Origin: Heterodontus francisci
Taxonomy: Eukaryota
Direction of reading: 5' to 3'
Length of the DNA stretch: 64,000 nucleotides
Assembly (NCBI RefSeq): GCF_036365525.1
Contig: NC_090371.1
Location: 264,219,629 to 264,283,628 of the forward strand
A model generated the notes under the pieces. The model was not told where the DNA came from and ran no database searches. It saw nothing but the letters and a program-made list of their open reading frames with translations. The translations under genes and the position numbers were made by a program. Of the stretch, positions 13,901 to 28,900 are shown one piece after another (the first letter of the stretch is position 1; each line of letters begins with the position of its first letter).

Positions 13901-16900
13901 GCAATCACCCCTCGAGACCCGCAACCCCCCAGAGACGCGTAATCTCGCCCCAATGATCCGCAATCTCCCCCCGGTGATCCGCAATCTCCCCGCGAGACCC
14001 ACAATCCCCCAAGACCCGCAATCTCCCCCCGGTGATGCGCAATGTCCCCCGGAGACCCGCAAACTCCCCCCGAGAGCCACTATCCCCCCAACACCCGCAA
14101 TCTCCCCCCAGAGACCCGCAATCTCCCCGACACCAGCAATCGCCCTGACACATGCAATCCCCCCAAGACCCGCAATCTCCCCCGAAATACACAATTGCCC
14201 CGAGACCCGCAATCTCCCCCGAGACCCGCAATCTCCCCCCCGAGACCCGCAATCTCCCTGACACCCGCAATCGCCCCGACACCCGCAATCCCCCCGAGAC
14301 CTGCAATCTCCCCCGAGACCCACAATCGCCCCGAGACCCGCAATTGCCCCCTAAGACCGCAATCCCCCCGACACCCGCAACCGCCCCGAGACCCGCAAAC
14401 CCCCTGAGACCCGCAATCTACCCCCAAGACCCGCAATCTCCCCTCGAAACCTGCAATCTCACCCAGATATCCACAATCTCCCCTCGAATCCCGCAATCTA
14501 CCCCGAGTCCAACAATCCCCCCAAGACCCACAATCTCCCCCCGAGACCCACAATCCGCCCGAGACCCACAATCTGCCCCCAAGACCCACAATCCCCCCAA
14601 GACCCACAATCTCCTCCCGAGACCGGAATCCCCCCGAGACCCACAATCTCCCCCCGAGACCCGCAATCCCCCCGAGACCCACAATCTCCCACGGAGACCC
14701 AATATCCCCCCGAGACCAACAATCTCCCCCCGAGACCCACAATCCCCCCGAGACCCACAATCACCCCCCGAGACCCACAATCCCCCCGAGACCCACAATC
14801 TCCCCCCGAGACCCACAATCCCCCCGACACCCCCAATCTCCCCGACACCCGCAATCCCCCCGAGACCCACAATCTCCCCCCGAGACCCGCAATCCCCCCG
14901 AGACCAACAATCTCCCCCCGAGAACCACAATCTCCCCGACACCCGCAATCGCCCCAACACCCGCAATCCCCCCGAGACCTGCAATCTCCCCCGAGACCCA
15001 CAATCGCCCCGAGACCCGCTTCGCCCCCTGAGACCCGCAATCCCCCCGACACCCCCAATCTCCCCGACACCCGCAAACCCCCTAAGACCCGCAATTTACC
15101 CCCAAGACCCGCAATCTCCCCTCAAGACCTGCAATCTCACCCAAATATCCACAATCTCCCCTCGAATCCCGCAATCTACCCCGAGACCAACAATCCCCCC
15201 AAGACCCACAATCTCCCCCCGAGACCCACAATCCCCCCGAGACCCACAATCCCCCCAAGACCAACAATCTCCCCCCGAGACCCACAATCTCCCCCCGAGA
15301 CCCACAATCTCCCCCCGAGACCGGCAATCCCCCCCGAGACCCACAATCTCCCACGGAGACCCACAATCCCCCCGAGACCCACAATCTCCCCCCGAGACCA
15401 ACAATCTCCCCCCGAGAGCCACAATCCCCCCGAGACCCACAATCTCCCCCCGAGACCCACAGTCCCCCCAAGACCCACAATCTCCCCCCGAGACCCACAA
15501 TCTCCCCCGAGACCCACAATCTCCCCCCGAGACCAACAATCTCCCCCCGAGAGCCACAATCCCCCCGAGACCCACAATCTCCCCCCGAGACCCACAATCC
15601 CCCCAAGACCCACAATCTCCCCCCCGAGACCCACAATCTCCCCCCGAGACCCACAATCTACCCCCGAGACCCACAATCTCCCATCGAGACCCACAATCCC
15701 CCCGAGACCCACAATCTCCCCCCGAGACCCACAATCGCCCCGAGACCCATAATCTCCCCCCGAGACCCGCAATCCCCCCGAGACCCACAATCACCCCCCG
15801 AGACCCACAATCTCCCCGAGACCCACAATCCCCCCGAGACACACAATCTCCTCCTGAGATCCACAATCCCCCCGAGACCCACAATCTCCCCCCGAGAGCC
15901 ACAATCCCCCCGATACCCACAATCTCCCCCCGAGACCCACAATCCTTCCGAGACCCACAATCTCCCCCCGAGACCAACAATCTCCCCCCGAGACCCGCAA
16001 TCCCCCCGAGACCCACAATCTCCCCCCGCGACCCGCAATCCCCCGAGACCAACAATCTCCCCCCGAGACTCACAATGTCCGCGACACCCGCAATCGCCCC
16101 GACACCGGCAATCCCCCCGAGATCTGCAATCTCCCCCGACACCCGCAATCGCCCCGAGGCCCGCAAACCCCGAGACCCGCAATCTACCCCCAAGACCCGC
16201 AATCTCCCCTCGAGACCTGCAATCTCACCCAGATATCCACAATCTCCCCTCGAATCCCGCAATCTGCCCCGAGACCAACAATCCCCCAAGACCCACAATC
16301 TCCCCCCGAGACCCACAATCCCCCCGAGACCCACAATCTCCCCCAGAGACCCACAATTCCCCCAAGACCCAGAATCTGCTCCCGAGACCCGCAAGCCCCC
16401 CGAGACCCACAATCTCCCCCCGAGACACGCAATCCCCCCGAGACGCACAATCTCCCACGGAGACCCACAATCCCCCCGAGACCAACAATCTCCCCCCGAG
16501 ACCCACAATCTCCCCCCGAGACCCACAATCTCCCCCTGAGACCCGCAATCTCCCCGAGACCCACAAACCCACCGAGACCCGCAAACCCCCGAGATACGCA
16601 ATCTCCGAGACCCACAATCTCCCCCCGAGACCTGCAAACCCCCGAGAACAGCAATCTCCCCGAGACCCGCAATATCCCCCGAGACCCGCAAATCCCTGAG
16701 ACCCGCAATCTCCCTGAGACCCGCAATCTCCCCCTGAGACCCGCAATCTCCCCGAGACCCGCAATATCCCCCGAGACCCGCAAATCCCTGAGACCCGCAA
16801 TCTCCCTGAGACCCGCAATCTCCCCCTGAGACCCGCAATCTCCCACCGAGATCCGCAATCCCCCCGAGACCCGCAATCTCCCTGAGACCCGCAATCTCCC

Positions 16901-19900
16901 CCCGAGACCAAAATTCCCCCCAAGACCCGCAATCTCCCCGACACCCGCAATTGCCCCGACTCCCGCAATCACCCCTCGAGACCCGCAACCCCCCAGAGTC
17001 GCGTAATCTCGCCCCAATGATCCGCAATCTCCCCCCGGTGATCCGCAATCTCCCCCCGAGACCCACAATCACCCAAGACCCGCAATCTCCCCCCGGTGAT
17101 GCGCAATGTCCCCCGGAGACCCGCAAACTCCACCCGAGACCCACTATCCCCCCAACACCCGCAATCTCCCCCCAGAGACCCGCAATCTCCCCGACACCAG
17201 CAATCGCCCTGACACATGCAATCCCCCCAAGACCCGCAATCTCCCCCGAAACACACAATCGCCCCGAGACCCGCAATCTCCCCCCGAGACCCGCAATCTC
17301 CCCCCCGAGACCCGCAATCTCCCTGACACCCGCAATCGCCCCGACACCCGCAATCCCCCCGAGACCTGCAATCTCCCCCAAGACCCACAATCTCCCCCCG
17401 AGACCCACAATCTCCCCCCGAGACCCACAGTCCCCCCGAGACCCACAATCCACCTGAGACCCACAATCTCCCCCCGATACCCGCAATCCCCCCGAGACCC
17501 ACAATCTCCGCCCGAGACCCGCAATCCCCCGAGACCAACAATCTCCCCGAGACCCACAATCTCCCCCCGAGACGCGCAATCCCCCCGAGACCCACAATCT
17601 CCCCCTGAGACCCACAATCCACCCCCCGAGACCCACAATCTCCTCCCGAGACCCAAAATCCCCCCAAGACCCACAATCTGCTCCCGAGACCCACAATCCC
17701 CCCGAGACCCGCAATCTCCCCCCAAGACCCACAATCCCCCCGAGACCAGCAATTTCCCGCCGAGACCCACAATCCCCCCGAGACCCGCAATCTCCCCCCA
17801 AGACCCACAATCCCCCCGAGACCAGCAATCTCCCCCCAAGACCCACAATCCCCCCGAGACCAGCAATTTCCCCCCGAGATCCACAATCCCCCCGAAGACC
17901 CGCAATCTCCCCCCGAGACCCGCAAACCCCCGAGACCTGCAATCTCCCTGAGACCCGCAATCTCCCCCTGAGACCCGCAAACCCCCGAGTCCCGCAATCT
18001 CCCTGAGACCCGCGATCTCCCCCTGAGACCCGCAAACCCACCGAGACCCGCAATATCCCCCGAGACCCGCAAATCCCTGAGACCCGCAATCTCCCTGAGA
18101 CCAGCAATATCCCCCTGAGACCCGCAATCTCCCCGAGACCCGCAAACCCACCGAGACCCGCAAACCCCCGAGATACGCAATCTCCGAGACCCACAATCTC
18201 CCCCCGAGACCTGCAAACCCCCGAGAACAGCAATCTCCCGAGACCCGCAATATCCCCCGAGACCCGCAAATCCCTGAGACCCGCAATCTCCCTGAGACCC
18301 GCAATCTCCCCCTGAGACCCGCAATCTCCCACCGAGATCCGCAATCCCCCCGAGACCCGCAATCTCCCTGAGACCCGCAATCTCCCCCCGAGACCAAAAT
18401 TCCCCCCAAGACCCGCAATCTCCCCGACACCCGCAATTGCCCCGACTCCCGCAATCACCCCTCGAGACCCGCAACCCCCCAGAGTCGCGTAATCTCGCCC
18501 CAATGATCCGCAATCTCCCCCCGGTGATCCGCAATCTCCCCCCGAGACCCACAATCCCCCAAGACCCGCAATCTCCCCCCGGTGATGCGCAATGTCCCCC
18601 GGAGACCCGCAAACTCCACCCGAGACCCACTATCCCCCCAACACCCGCAATCTCCCCCCAGAGACCCGCAATCTCCCCGACACCAGCAATCGCCCTGACA
18701 CATGCAATCCCCCCAAGACCCGCAATCTCCCCCGAAACACACAATCGCCCCGAGACCCGCAATCTCCCCCCGAGACCCGCAATCTCCCCCCCGAGACCCG
18801 CAATCTCCCTGACACCCGCAATCGCCCCGACACCCGCAATCGCCCCGAGACCTGCAATCTCCCCCGAGACCCACAATCGCCCCGAGACCCGCAATTGCCC
18901 CCTAAGACCGCAATCCCCCCGACACCCGCAACCGCCCCGAGACCCGCAAACCCCCTGAGACCCGCAATCTACCCCCAAGACCCGCAATCTCTCCTCGAGA
19001 CCTGCAATCTCACCCAGATATCCACAATCTCCCCTCGAATCCCGCAATCTACCCCGAGACCAACGATCCCCCCAAGACCCACAATCTCCCCCCAAGACCC
19101 ACAATCTCCTCCCGAGACCCGCAATCCCCCCGAGACCCACAATCTCCCCCCGAGACCCGCAATCCCCCCGAGACCCACAATCTCCCACGGAGACCCACTA
19201 TCCCCCCGAGACCAACAATCTCCCCCCGAGACCCACAATCCCCCCGAGACCCACAATCACCCCCGAGACCCACAATCTCCCCCCGAGACCCACAATCTCC
19301 CCCCGAGACCCACAATCTACCCCCGAGACCCACAATCTCCCCCCGAGACCCGCAATCCCCCCGAGACCCACAATCTCCCACGGAGACCCACTATCCCCCC
19401 GAGACCAACAATCTCCCCCCGAGACCCACAATCCCCCCGAGACCCACAATCACCCCCCGAGACCCACAATCCCCCCGAGACCCACAATCTCCCCCCGAGA
19501 CCCACAATCTCCCCCCGAGACCCACAATCTACCCCCGAGACCCACAATCTCCCCCCGAGACCCACAATCCCCCCGAGACCCACAATCGCCCCCCGAGACC
19601 CGCAATCCCCCCGAGACCCACAATCTCCCCCCGAGACCCGCAATCCCCCCGAGACCAACAATCTCCCCCCGAGACCCACAATCTCCCTGACACCCGCAAT
19701 CGCCCCAACACCCGCAGTCCCCCCGAGACCTGCAATCTCCCCCGAGACCCACAATCGCCCCGAGACCCGCATTCGCCCCCTGAGACCCGCAATCCCCCCG
19801 ACACCCGCAATCGCCCCGACACCCGCAAACCCCCTGAGACCCGCAATTTACCCCCAAGACCCGCAATCTCCCCTCGAGACCTGCAATCTCACCCAGATAT

Positions 19901-22900
19901 CCACAATCTCCCCTCGAATCCCGCAATCTACCCCGAGACCAACAATCCCCCCAAGACCCACAATCTCCCCCCGAGACCCACAATCCCCCCGAGACCCACA
20001 ATCCCCCCAAGACCCACAATCTCCCCCCGAGACCCACAATCTACCCCCGAGACCCACAATCTCCCCCCGAGACCCACAATCGCCCCGAGACCTACAATCT
20101 CCGCCCGAGACCCGCAATCCCCCGAGACCCACAATCTCCCCCTGAGACCCACAATCCCCCCCCCCGAGACCCACAATTTCCTCCCAAGACCCAAAATCCC
20201 CCCAAGACCCACAATCTGCTCCCGAGACCCACAATCCCCCCAAGACCCACAATCTGCTCCCGAGACCCACAATCACCCACCCCACCCCGAAACCCACAAT
20301 CCACCGGAGACCCACAATCCACCCCGAGACCCAAAATACCCCCAAGACCCTCAATCTCCCCAAGACCCACATTCCCCCTGAGACCCACAATCTCCTCCTG
20401 AGACCCACAATCTCCTCCCGAGACCCACAATCCCTTCCCCGAGAACCACAATCCCCGCAAGACCCACAATCTCCCCAAGACCCGCAATTCCCCCGAGACC
20501 CACAATCTCCCCCTGAGACCCACAATCTCCTCCTGAGACCCACAATCTCCTCCCGAGACCCACAATCCGTTCCCCGAGAACCACAATCCCCGCAAGACCC
20601 TCAATCTCCCCAAGACCCACATTCCCCCTGAGACCCACAATCTCGTCCCGAGACCCACAATCTCCTCCCGAGACCCACAATCTCCCCAAGAACCACAACC
20701 CCCCTGAGACACACAATCTCCCCCCAAGACCCACAATCTCCCCCCGAGACCCACAATCTCCTCCCGGTATCCACAATCCCCCCGAGACCCACCATCTCCC
20801 CCCGAGATCCACAATCCACCCCCGAGACCCATAATCTCCTCCCGAGACCCACAATCTCCCCCCGAGACCCACAATCCCCCCGAGACCCACAATCTCCCCC
20901 CGAGACCCACAATCTCCTCCCGGGATCCACAATCCCCCCGAGACCCACCATCTCCCCCCGAGATCCACAATCCACCCCCGAGACCCATAATCTCCTCCCG
21001 AGACCCACAATCTCCCCCCGAGACCCACAATCTCCTCCAGAGACCCACAATCCCCCCAAGACCCACAATCTCCCCCCGAGACCCGCAATCCCCCCGAGTC
21101 CCACAATCTCCCCCCGAAACCCACAATCTACCCCCGAGACACACAATCCCCCCGAGACCCACAATCTCCCCCCGAGACCCGCAATCCCCCCGAGACCCAC
21201 AATCACCCCCCGAGACCTACAATCTCCCCCCAAGACCCACAATCCCCCCGAGACCCACAATCTCCCCCCGAGACCCGCAATCCCCCCGAGACCAACAATC
21301 TCCCCCCGAAACCCACAATCTCCGCGACACCCGCAATCGCCCCGACACCGGCAATCCTCCCTAGATCTGCAATTTCCCCCGACACCCGCATTCGCCCCGA
21401 GGCCCGCAAACCCCCTGAGACCCACAATCCCCCCGAGACCCACAATCTCGTCCCGAGACCCGCAATCCCCCCGACCCACCATCTCCCCCCGAGACCTACA
21501 ATCCCCCCCCGAGACCCATAATCTCCTCCCGAGACCCACAATCTCGCCCTGAGACCCACAATCCCCCCAAGACCCACAATCTCCCCCCGAGACCCACAAT
21601 CCACACACCCCCGAGACCCACAATCCACCGGAGACCCAAAATCCACCCCGAGACCCACAATACCCCCAAGACCCACAATCTCCCCAAGACCCACAATCCC
21701 CCTGAGACCCACAATCTCCTCCCGAGACCCACAATCCCCCAAGACCCGCAATCTCCCCCCGGTGATGCGCAATGTCCCCCGGAGACCCGCAAACTCCCCC
21801 CGAGACCCACTATCCCCCCAACACCCGCAATCTCCCCCCAGAGACCCGCAATCTCCCCGACACCAGCAATCGCCCTGACACATGCAATCCCCCCGAGACC
21901 CGCAATCTCCCCCCGAGACCCGCAATCTCCCCCCCGAGACCCGCAATCTTCCTGACACCCGCAATCGCCCCGACACCCGCAATCCCCCCGAGACCTGCAA
22001 TCTCCCCCGAGACCCACAATCGCCCCGAGACCCGCAATTGCCCCCTAAGACCGCAATCCCCCCGACACCCGCAACCGCCCCGAGACCCGCAAACCCCCTG
22101 AGACCCGCAATCTACCCCCAAGACCCGCAATCTCCCCTCGAAACCTGCAATCTACCCCGAGACCAACAATCCCCCCAAGACCCACAATCTCCCCCCGAGA
22201 CCCACAATCCCCCCGAGACCCACAATCTCCCCCCGAGACCCACAATCTCCCCCCGAGACCCACAATCTACCCCCGAGACCCACAATCTCCCCACGAGACC
22301 CACAATCCTCCCGAGACCCACAATCGCCCCCCGAGACCCGCAATCCCCCCGAGACCCACAATCTCCCCCCGAGACCCGCAATCCCCCCGAGACCAACAAT
22401 CTCCCCCCGAGACCCACAATCTCCCCGACACCCGCAATCGCCCCGACACCGGCAATCCCCCCAAGATCTGCAATCTCTCCCGAGACCCACAATCGCCCCG
22501 AGACCCGCATTCGCCCCCTGAGACCCGCAATCCCCCCGACACCCCCAATCGCCCCGACACCCGCAAACCCCCTGAGACCCGCAAATTACCCCCAAGACCC
22601 GCAATCTCCCCTCGAGACCTGCAATCTCACCCAGATATCCACAATCTCCCCTCGAATCCCGCAATCTACCCCGAGACCAACAATCCCCCCAAGACCCACA
22701 ATCTCCCCCCGAGACCCACAATCCCCCCGAGACCCACAATCCCCCCAAGACCAACAATCTCCCCCCGAGACCCACAATCTCCCCCCGAGACCCGCAATCC
22801 CCCCGAGACCCACAATCTCCCACGGAGACCCACAATCCCCCCGAGAGCAACAATCTCCCCCGAGAGCCACAATCTCCCCGAGACCCACAATCTCCCCCCG

Positions 22901-25900
22901 AGACCCACAGTCCCCCCAAGACCCACAATCTCCCCCCGAGACCCACAATCTCCCCCCGAGACCCACAATCTCCCCCCGAGACCAACAATCTCCCCCCGAG
23001 AGCCACAATCCCCCCGAGACCCACAATCTCCCCCCGAGACCCACAATCCCCCCAAGACCCACAATCTCCCCCCGAGACCCACAATCCCCCCAAGACCCAC
23101 AATCTCCCCCCCGAGACCCACAATCTCCCCCCGAGACCCACAATCTACCCCCGAGACCCACAATCTACCCTCGAGACCCACAATCCCCCCGAGACCCACA
23201 ATCGCCCCGAGACCCATAATCTCCCCCCGAGACCCGCAATCCCCCCGAGACCCACAATCTCCCCCCGAGACACGCAATCCCCCCGAGACCCACAATCCCC
23301 CGAGACCAACAATCTCCCCCCGAGACCCTCAATCCCTCTGAGACCCACAATCTCCCCCCGAGACCCACAATCTCCCCCCGAGACCCACAATCCCCCCGAG
23401 ACCCACAATCCCCCGAGACCAACAATCTCCCCCCGAGACCCACAATCCCCCCGAGACCCACAATCTCCCCCCGATAGCCGCTATCCCCCCGAGACCCACA
23501 ATCTCCGCCCGAGACCCGCAATCCCCCGAGACCAACAATCTCCCCGAGACCCACAATCTCCCCCCGAGACGCGCAATCCCCCCGAGACCCACAATCTCCC
23601 CCTGAGACCCACAATCCCCCCCCCGAGACCCACAATCTCCCCCCGAGACCCACAATCCTCCCGAGACCCACAATCTCCCCCCGAGACCCACAATCTCCCC
23701 CTGAGACCCACAATCCACCCCCCGAGACCCACAATCTCCTCCCGAGACCCAAAATCCCCCCAAGACCCACAATCTGCTCCCGAGACCCACAATCCCCCCG
23801 AGACCCGCAATCTCCCCCCGAGACCCACAATCCCCCCGAGACCCACAATCTCCCCCCGAGACCCACAATCTACCCCCGAGACCCACAATCTCCCCCCGAG
23901 ACCCACAATCCTCCCGAGACCCACAATCGCCCCCCGAGACCCGCAATCCCCCCGAGACCCACAATCTCCCCCCGAGACCCGCAATCCCCCCGAGACCAAC
24001 AATCTCCCCCCGAGACCCACAATCTCCCCGACACCCGCAATCGCCCCGACACCGGCAATCCCCCCGAGATCTGCAATCTCTCCCGAGACCCACAATCGCC
24101 CCGAGACCCGCATTCGCCCCCTGAGACCCGCAATCCCCCCGACACCCCCAATCGCCCCGACACCCGCAAACCCCCTGAGACCCGCAAATTACCCCCAAGA
24201 CCCGCAATCTCCCCTCGAGACCTGCAATCTCACCCAGATATCCACAATCTCCCCTCGAATCCCGCAATCTACCCCGAGACCAACAATCCCCCCAAGACCC
24301 ACAATCTCCCCCCGAGACCCACAATCCCCCCGAGACCCACAACCCCCCCAAGACCTACAATCTCCCCCCGAGACCCACAATCTCCCCCCGAGACCCGCAA
24401 TCCCCCCGAGACCCACAATCTCCCACGGAGACCCACAATCCCCCCGAGAGCAACAATCTCCCCCCGAGAGCCACCATCTCCCCGAGACCCACAATCTCCC
24501 CCCGAGACCCACAGTCCCCCCGACCCACAATCTCCCCCCGAGACCCACAATCTCCCCCCGAGACCTACAATCTCCCCCCGAGACCCACAATCTCCCCCCG
24601 AGACCAACAATCTCCCCCCGAGAGCCACAATCCCCCCGAGACCCACAATCTCCCCCCGAGACCCACAATCCCCCCAAGACCCACAATCTCCCCCCCGAGA
24701 CCCACAATCTCCCCCCGAGACCCACAATCTACCCCCGAGACCCACAATCTACCCTCGAGACCCACAATCCCCCCGAGACCCACAATCTCCCCCCGAGACC
24801 CACAATCGCCCCGAGACCCATAATCTCCCCCCGAGACCCGCAATCCCCCCGAGACCCACAATCTCCCCCCGAGACACGCAATCCCCCCGAGACCCACAAT
24901 CCCCCGAGACCAACAATCTCCCCCCGAGACCCACAATCTCCCCCCGAGACCCACAATCCCCCCCCGTGACCCACAATCCCCCCGAGACCCACAATCCCCC
25001 GAGACCAACAATCTCCCCCCGAGACCCACAATCCCCCCGAGACCCACAATCTCCCCCCGATAGCCGCAATCCCCCCGAGACCCACAATCTCCGCCCGAGA
25101 CCCGCAATCCCCCGAGACCAACAATCTCCCCGAGACCCACAATCTCCCCCCGAGACGCGCAATCCCCCCGAGACCCACAATCTCCCCCTGAGACCCACAA
25201 TCCACCCCCCGAGACCCACAATCTCCTCCCGAGACCCAAAATCCCCCCAAGACCCACAATCTGCTCCCGAGACCCACAATCCCCCCGAGACCCGCAATCT
25301 CCCCCCAAGACCCACAATCCCCCCGAGACCAGCAATTTCCCGCCGAGACCCACAATCCCCCCGAGACCCGCAATCTCCCCCCAAGACCCACAATCCCCCC
25401 GAGACCAGCAATCTCCCCCCAAGACCCACAATCCCCCCGAGACCAGCAATTTCCCCCCGAGATCCACAATCCCCCTCAAGACCCGCAATCTCCCCCCGAG
25501 TCCCGCAAACCCCCGAGACCTGCAATCTCCCTGAGACCCGCAATCTCCCCCTGAGACCCGCAAACCCCCGAGTCCCGCAATCTCCCTGAGACCCGCGATC
25601 TCCCCCTGAGACCCGCAAACCCACCGAGACCCGCAATATCCCCCGAGACCCGCAAATCCCTGAGACCCGCAATCTCCCTGAGACCAGCAATCTCCCCCTG
25701 AGACCCGCAATCTCCCCGAGACCCGCAAACCCACCGAGACCCGCAAACCCCCGAGATACGCAATCTCCGAGACCCACAATCTCCCCCCGAGACCTGCAAA
25801 CCCCCGAGAACAGCAATCTCCCCGAGACCCGCAATATCCCCCGAGACCCGCAAATCCCTGAGACCCGCAATCTCCCTGAGACCCGCAATCTCCCCCTGAG

Positions 25901-28900
25901 ACCCGCAATCTCCCACCGAGATCCGCAATCCCCCCGAGACCCGCAATCTCCCTGAGACCCGCAATCTCCCCCCGAGACCAAAATTCCCCCCAAGACCCGC
26001 AATCTCCCCGACACCCGCAATTGCCCCGACTCCCGCAATCACCCCTCGAGACCCGCAACCCCCCAGAGTCGCGTAATCTCGCCCCAATGATCCGCAATCT
26101 CCCCCCGAGACCCACAATCCCCCAAGACCCGCAATCTCCCCCCGGTGATGCGCAATGTCCCCCGGAGACCCGCAAACTCCCCCCGAGACCCACTATCCCC
26201 CCAACACCCGCAATCTCCCCCCAGAGACCCGCAATCTCCCCGACACCAGCAATCGCCCTTACACATGCAATCCCCCCAAGACCCGCAATCTCCCCCGAAA
26301 CACACAATCGCCCCGAGACCCGCAATCTCCCCCCGAGACCCGCAATCTCCCCCCCGAGACCCGCAATCTCCCTGACACCCGCAATCGCCCCGACACCCGC
26401 AATCGCCCCGAGACCTGCAATCTCCCCCGAGACCCACAATCGCCCCGAGACCCGCAATTGCCCCCTAAGACCGCAATCCCCCCGACACCCGCAATCGCCC
26501 CGAGACCCGCAAACCCCCTGAGACCCGCAATCTACCCCCAAGACCCGCAATCTCCCCTCGAGACCTGCAATCTCACCCAGATATCCACAATCTCCCCTCG
26601 AATCCCGCAATCTACCCCGAGACCAACGATCCCCCCAAGACCCACAATCACCCCCCGAGACCCACAATCCCCCCGAGACCCACAATCTCCCCCCGAGACC
26701 CACAATCTCCCCCCGAGACCCACAATCTACCCCCGAGACCCACAATCTCCCCCCGAGACCCACAATCCCCCCGAGACCCACAATCGCCCCCCGAGACCCG
26801 CAATCCCCCCGAGACCCACAATCTCCCCCCGAGACCCGCAATCCCCCCGAGACCAACAATCTCCCCCCGAGACCCACAATCTCCCTGACACCCGCAATCG
26901 CCCCAACACCCGCAGTCCCCCCGAGACCTGCAATCTCCCCCGAGACCCACAATCGCCCCGAGACCCGCATTCGCCCCCTGAGACCCGCAATCCCCCCGAC
27001 ACCCGCAATCGCCCCGACACCCGCAAACCCCCTGAGACCCGCAATTTACCCCCAAGACCCGCAATCTCCCCTCGAGACCTGCAATCTCACCCAGATATCC
27101 ACAATCTCCCCTCGAATCCCGCAATCTACCCCGAGACCAACAATCCCCCCAAGACCCACAATCTTCCCCCGAGACCCTCAATCCCCCCGAGACCCACAAT
27201 CTCGTCCCGAGACCCGCAATCCCCCCGAGACCCACCATCTCCCCACAAGACCCACAATCGCACCCCGAGACCCACAATCTCCCCCGAGACCCACAATCTC
27301 CTCCCGAGACCCACAATCCCCCCAAGACCCACAATCTCCTCCCGAGACCCGCAATCCCCCCGAGACCCACTATCTCCCCCCAAGACCCACAATCTCCCCC
27401 CGAGACCCACAACCTCCCCCCGAGACCCACAATCCGCACGACCCACAATCCCCCGAGACCCACAAGCACCCCCCGAGACCCACAATCTCCCCCCAAGACC
27501 CACAATCTCGTCCCGAGACCCGCAATCCCCCCGAGACCCACCATCTCCCCCCGAGACCCACAATCCCCCCAAGACCCACAATCTCCCCCCGAGACCCACA
27601 ATCCCCCCCCCGAGACCCACAATCCACCGGAGACCCAAAATCCACCCCGAGACTCACAATACCCCCAAGACCCACAATCTCCCCAAGACCCACAATCCCC
27701 CTGAGACCCACAATCTCCTCCCGAGACCCACAATCCCCCCCAAGACCCACAATCTCCTCCCGAGACCCACAATCCCTCCCCCGAGAACCACAATCCCCCC
27801 AAGACCCACAATCTCTTCCCAAGACCCACAATCCCCCCCGGAGACCCACAATCCCCCCAAGACCCACAATCTCCCCAAGACCCGCAATTCCCCTGAGACC
27901 CACAATCTCCTCCCGAGACCCCAATCTCCTCCCGAGACCCACAATCTCCCCAAGAACCACAATCCCCCTGAGACACACAATCTCCCCCCAAGACACACAA
28001 TCTCCCCACGTGACCCACAATCTCCCCCCGAGACCCACAATCTCCTCCCGGGATCCACAATCCCCCCAAGACCCACAATCCCCCCAAGACCCACAATCTC
28101 CTCCCGAGACCCAAAATCCTCCCAAGATCCACAATCTCCGCAAGACCCACAATCCCCGAGATCCACAATCTCCCCACAAGACCCACAATCGCACTCCGAG
28201 ACCCACAATCTCCCCCGAGAACAACAATCACCCCGAGACCCACAATCTCCCCCCAAGACCCACAATCACGTCCCGAGACCCGCAATCCCCCCGAGACCCA
28301 CCATCTCCCCCCGAGACACAATCCACCCCCGAGACCCACAATCTCCTCCCGAGACCCACAATCTCCCCCCGAGACCCACAATCCCCCCAAGACCCACAAT
28401 CTCCCCCCGAGACCCACAATCTCCCCCAGAGACCCACAATCCCTCCAAGACCCACAATCTCTTCCCGAGACCCACAATCCCCCCCGGAGACCCACAATCC
28501 CCCCAAGACCCACAATCTCCTCCCGAGACCCACAATCTCCTCCCGAGACCCAAAATCCCCCCAAGACCCACAATCTCCCCCCAAGACCCACAATCGCACC
28601 CCGAGACCCACAATCTCCCCCGAGACCCACAATCTCCTCCCGAGACCCACAATCCCGCCAAGACCCACATTCTCCTCCCGAGACCCGCGATCCCCCCGAG
28701 ACCCACAATCTCCCCCCGAGACCCACAATCTCCCCCCGAGACCCACGATCTCCCCCCGAGACCCACAACCTCCCCCCGAGACCCACAATCCGCCCGGCCA
28801 CAATCCCCCTGAGACCCACAACCTCCCTCCGAGACCAACAATCCCCCCGAGAACCGCAAACCCCCGAGACCCACCATCTCCCCCCGAGACCCACAATCCA

